DNA from: an uncultured delta proteobacterium
Lineage (GTDB): Bacteria; Desulfobacterota; Desulfobacteria; Desulfobacterales; JAFDCJ01
Reading direction: 5' to 3'
Assembly: GCA_963769935.1 (NCBI GenBank)
Contig: CAVYNY010000007.1
Span: 32,001 to 96,000, forward strand
DNA: 64,000 bases
In this document: positions 61,567 through 64,000 of the stretch, one piece after another
Position numbering within the stretch: the first letter of the stretch is position 1
Layout: every line of letters begins with the position of its first letter
The notes under the pieces: model-generated
What the model was told of the DNA's origin: nothing
Databases searched by the model: none
The model's input: the letters and a program-made list of their open reading frames with translations, nothing else
Position numbers and translations under genes: made by a program

Positions 61567-62556
61567 TTATTCTTCCGCATTCCAGCAGCGCACGTAGTGA
61601 TTGTCTCCAACCTCAATAAACGCCTGCAAGCCTTCATCGCAGCGGGATTGGTGTAAAGGACATTTTTGACCGAAATTGCAGCCGGCGGACGGATTCAATG
61701 GCTCCGGCGGAACTTCTTCCGCGCTCATTACGGCACGTTCTTTCTCTATTCCTGAATCCGGTGCAGCCGACAGCAGCAAATGGGTATACGGATGGCAGGG
61801 ATTGTCAAAAAGCGCATCGGCCGGCCCATACTCCATGATCTGGCCGCGGTACATCACGGCAACATCATTGCACAGATATCCAACGACGTTCAAGTCGTGC
61901 GATATAAACAGATAGCTTAATTCCAGCTGATCCTGCAAGTCTTTTAGCAGATTAATGATTTGAGCCTGGATTGAGACATCCAGGGCTGAAACCGGCTCAT
62001 CGCAGATAACCAGTGACGGTTGCACGCTTAAGGCCCGTGCGATGCCGATCCGCTGGCGCTGTCCGCCGCTGAATTCATGGGGATAGCGGTCGATGCTGCG
62101 CGGAGACATTCCAACCATCTTAAGCAGCTTTTCGAGCTGCGCGTCTTTTTCCTGATTGTCCCGGAGGCCATTCATCTGAAGTCCTTCCGAGAGCGTTTGT
62201 CCAACGGTCATTCTAGGGTTCAGGGAACCATAGGGATCCTGAAAGATGATCTGGATCTGCTTGCGAAAAGGCTTCATTTCTTTTTCGGTCAGTTCGGTTA
62301 TATCCCGTCCGTCGAAGATGATTTTGCCGTCGTCGCTAGGCAATAACTTGAGTATCAGCCGGGCCACAGTCGTTTTACCGCAGCCGCTCTCACCCACCAG
62401 GCCGAGTGTCCGGCCTTTTTCGATTCGAAACGATACGTCTTCAACCGCATTGACCCAACCGGTGACCCGTTGTAAAAATCCGCGGCGGATCGGGAAGTAT
62501 TTTTTCAAGTCCTCGACTTGGAGGATGATGGTATCGGTTTTTGCGTTAAGTGCCAT
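61567..62556 (-). CDS. Oligopeptide/dipeptide ABC transporter ATPase (OppF/DppF-like)
   Basis: [42 protein letters not shown], Cys-rich tail. Confidence 0.92.
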   Translation of the reverse strand: MALNAKTDTIILQVEDLKKYFPIRRGFLQRVTGWVNAVEDVSFRIEKGRTLGLVGESGCGKTTVARLILKLLPSDDGKIIFDGRDITELTEKEMKPFRKQIQIIFQDPYGSLNPRMTVGQTLSEGLQMNGLRDNQEKDAQLEKLLKMVGMSPRSIDRYPHEFSGGQRQRIGIARALSVQPSLVICDEPVSALDVSIQAQIINLLKDLQDQLELSYLFISHDLNVVGYLCNDVAVMYRGQIMEYGPADALFDNPCHPYTHLLLSAAPDSGIEKERAVMSAEEVPPEPLNPSAGCNFGQKCPLHQSRCDEGLQAFIEVGDNHYVRCWNAEE

Positions 62557-62605
62557 TATGATTCTGATAAATTTTAAATGATTTGCCCTCTGTTGATAAA
62601 CTATC

Positions 62606-62714
62606 TGGCGTACTGGAGCAATGGAGTGCTGGAGTATCGGAAAATGAGGATGCCGTCGACACTCTCCGGACAGATATTTTTTCTACCGCATTACTCCAAT
62701 ACTCCATCTTTCCA
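62606..62714. repeat. Family D octamer palindrome overlapping the oppD-like stop codon
   Basis: TGGCGTACTGGAGCAATGGAGTGCTGGAGTATCGG ... CATTACTCCAATACTCCATCTTTCCA. Confidence 0.75.
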
Positions 62715-63698
62715 ATTTATTTTCTCATACAACACCGGACATCGTGCCAGATGCCCCTCACCGTAGTTACTGATGCCGGGAAACTGTTCCCGGCAGGTCT
62801 GGATTGCATGGGAGCAGCGCGGATGAAACGGGCAGCCGTTGGGTTTGTAAGCCGGATTCGGCACGCTCCCGGGAATACTGTGAAGCCTTTGTCCGCGCTT
62901 TGACCGGTGCGGCAGAGATGCCAGCAAGGCTCGCGTATAGGGATGCTGCGATGTGCGAAAAATATGATCCTTGTTGCCCTGCTCGACAATAATGCCGGCA
63001 TACATGACGTAGATCCGATCCGCTACCTTCGAGACCACACCCAGGTCATGGGTGATGTAAAGCACCGACATGGCGCGGTCCTTCTGAATGGTGTTCAGCA
63101 GTTTCAATATCTGAGCTTGAACGGTCACATCCAGCGCGGTGGTGGGCTCATCGGCGATAATCAATTCGGGACTGCAGGCCAGAGCCATGGCAATCATGAC
63201 GCGCTGGCGCTGGCCTCCGCTTAACTGGTGCGGGTAATCACTTAGGCGTTCATCGGCCGAGGGGATTCCCACATCTTCGAGCAGTTGGAGACAGCGGGAC
63301 TCTATTTCTTCTTTCGGTACCGTTTTGTGGGTTCCGAGGGCTTCGGCAATCTGATCTTTGATTGTGAAAACCGGATTCAAGGAGGTCAGGGGTTCCTGAA
63401 ACACCATGGCAATATGGTTGCCCCGAATGCGCTGCATTGCCTCCTCATCATAATCGATGAGGTTTTGATCCTTGAATAAAATTTTTCCGCTGACGATTTC
63501 ACCCGGTGGTACAGGAACGAGTCCCATGATGCTGAGAGCCGATACGGTTTTACCGCAGCCGGACTCGCCTACCAGGCACACCGTCTCCTCGCGCTGCACA
63601 TCAAAACTAACGCCGTCCACGGCCCGCGCCACTTCGTCCTCACTGCGGAAATAGATCCTTAGATCTTCAACGGACAGTAATATGTCTCCGCCAATCAT
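62691..63698 (-). CDS. Oligopeptide/dipeptide ABC transporter ATPase (OppD/DppD-like)
   Basis: [44 protein letters not shown]. Confidence 0.92.
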   Translation of the reverse strand: MIGGDILLSVEDLRIYFRSEDEVARAVDGVSFDVQREETVCLVGESGCGKTVSALSIMGLVPVPPGEIVSGKILFKDQNLIDYDEEAMQRIRGNHIAMVFQEPLTSLNPVFTIKDQIAEALGTHKTVPKEEIESRCLQLLEDVGIPSADERLSDYPHQLSGGQRQRVMIAMALACSPELIIADEPTTALDVTVQAQILKLLNTIQKDRAMSVLYITHDLGVVSKVADRIYVMYAGIIVEQGNKDHIFRTSQHPYTRALLASLPHRSKRGQRLHSIPGSVPNPAYKPNGCPFHPRCSHAIQTCREQFPGISNYGEGHLARCPVLYEKINWKDGVLE

Positions 63699-63754
63699 AA
63701 CATCGTCCAGGGCAAATTACTTTTTGCCGCTTAATAGAGTGATCCAGATTGCTG

Positions 63755-63933
63755 AAAAATGCCTAAAATCGATGAGTCGCTGCGCTCCGTCTTTTAAAAA
63801 GTAGAATTCTTTCTATGAGAACCAATCGAGAGGATGGTTTGAATTCGCTTCCCTCTAAATTATCCTTAATATTTTTAATCGATAGCATACCACAATTTTA
63901 GGCATTTTAGGCACTTCGCATTTTAGGCATTTT
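63755..63933. repeat. Family B palindromic element with AGTCGCTGCGCTCCGTC core
   Basis: AAAATGCCTAAAA left arm, three TTTTAGGCA units on the right. Confidence 0.8.
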
Positions 63934-63936
63934 CCC

Positions 63937-64000
63937 CTACTGTCTTTCCCGCAGCTTGGGGTTCAGAACATCCCGCAAGCCCTCACCGAATAGATTAAAA
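63937..64000 (-). CDS. Oligopeptide ABC permease (OppC/DppC-like), C-terminal end only
   Basis: Minus strand reads FNLFGEGLRDVLNPKLRERQ*. Confidence 0.8.
   Translation of the reverse strand, partial: FNLFGEGLRDVLNPKLRERQ

Overview
This window is bacterial chromosomal DNA. Gene content and the style of the intergenic repeats suggest a Desulfobacterota (deltaproteobacterial) genome; that assignment is an inference. The first ~36 kb is mostly housekeeping: the end of a PilY1-like gene, a LysM protein, groESL, hflKC, dciA, two tRNA-Ser genes, dnaX-ybaB-recR, a variant murI, a hybrid kinase, sdhCAB/frd, tol-pal, ruvCAB, rplM-rpsI and pxpABC. It also holds a 32-aa bS22/COX24-type ORF that the ORF track missed. 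From ~36 kb onward the window is a metabolic and accessory patchwork: an aldehyde dehydrogenase, an unusual ALDH/Fe-ADH fusion, a DapA-like lyase, an internally deleted cyclase-AAA-TPR gene, a frameshifted Liv-type ABC operon, an NDT/DRHyd-fold + TPR protein, a truncated HIT gene, MacAB-TolC, a HEPN/MNT pair, a Zn-ADH, DUF1445, an M24 peptidase and Opp/Dpp genes. The most striking unexplained signal is non-coding. Many intergenic gaps, including gaps inside operons, hold modular palindromic elements built from 7-10 nt periodic repeats. They show shared cores, interchangeable arms and empty versus filled forms. A separate 95-bp inverted-repeat element occurs twice. No CRISPR array, rRNA, transposase or integrase was seen. 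All alignments and counts were done by eye.
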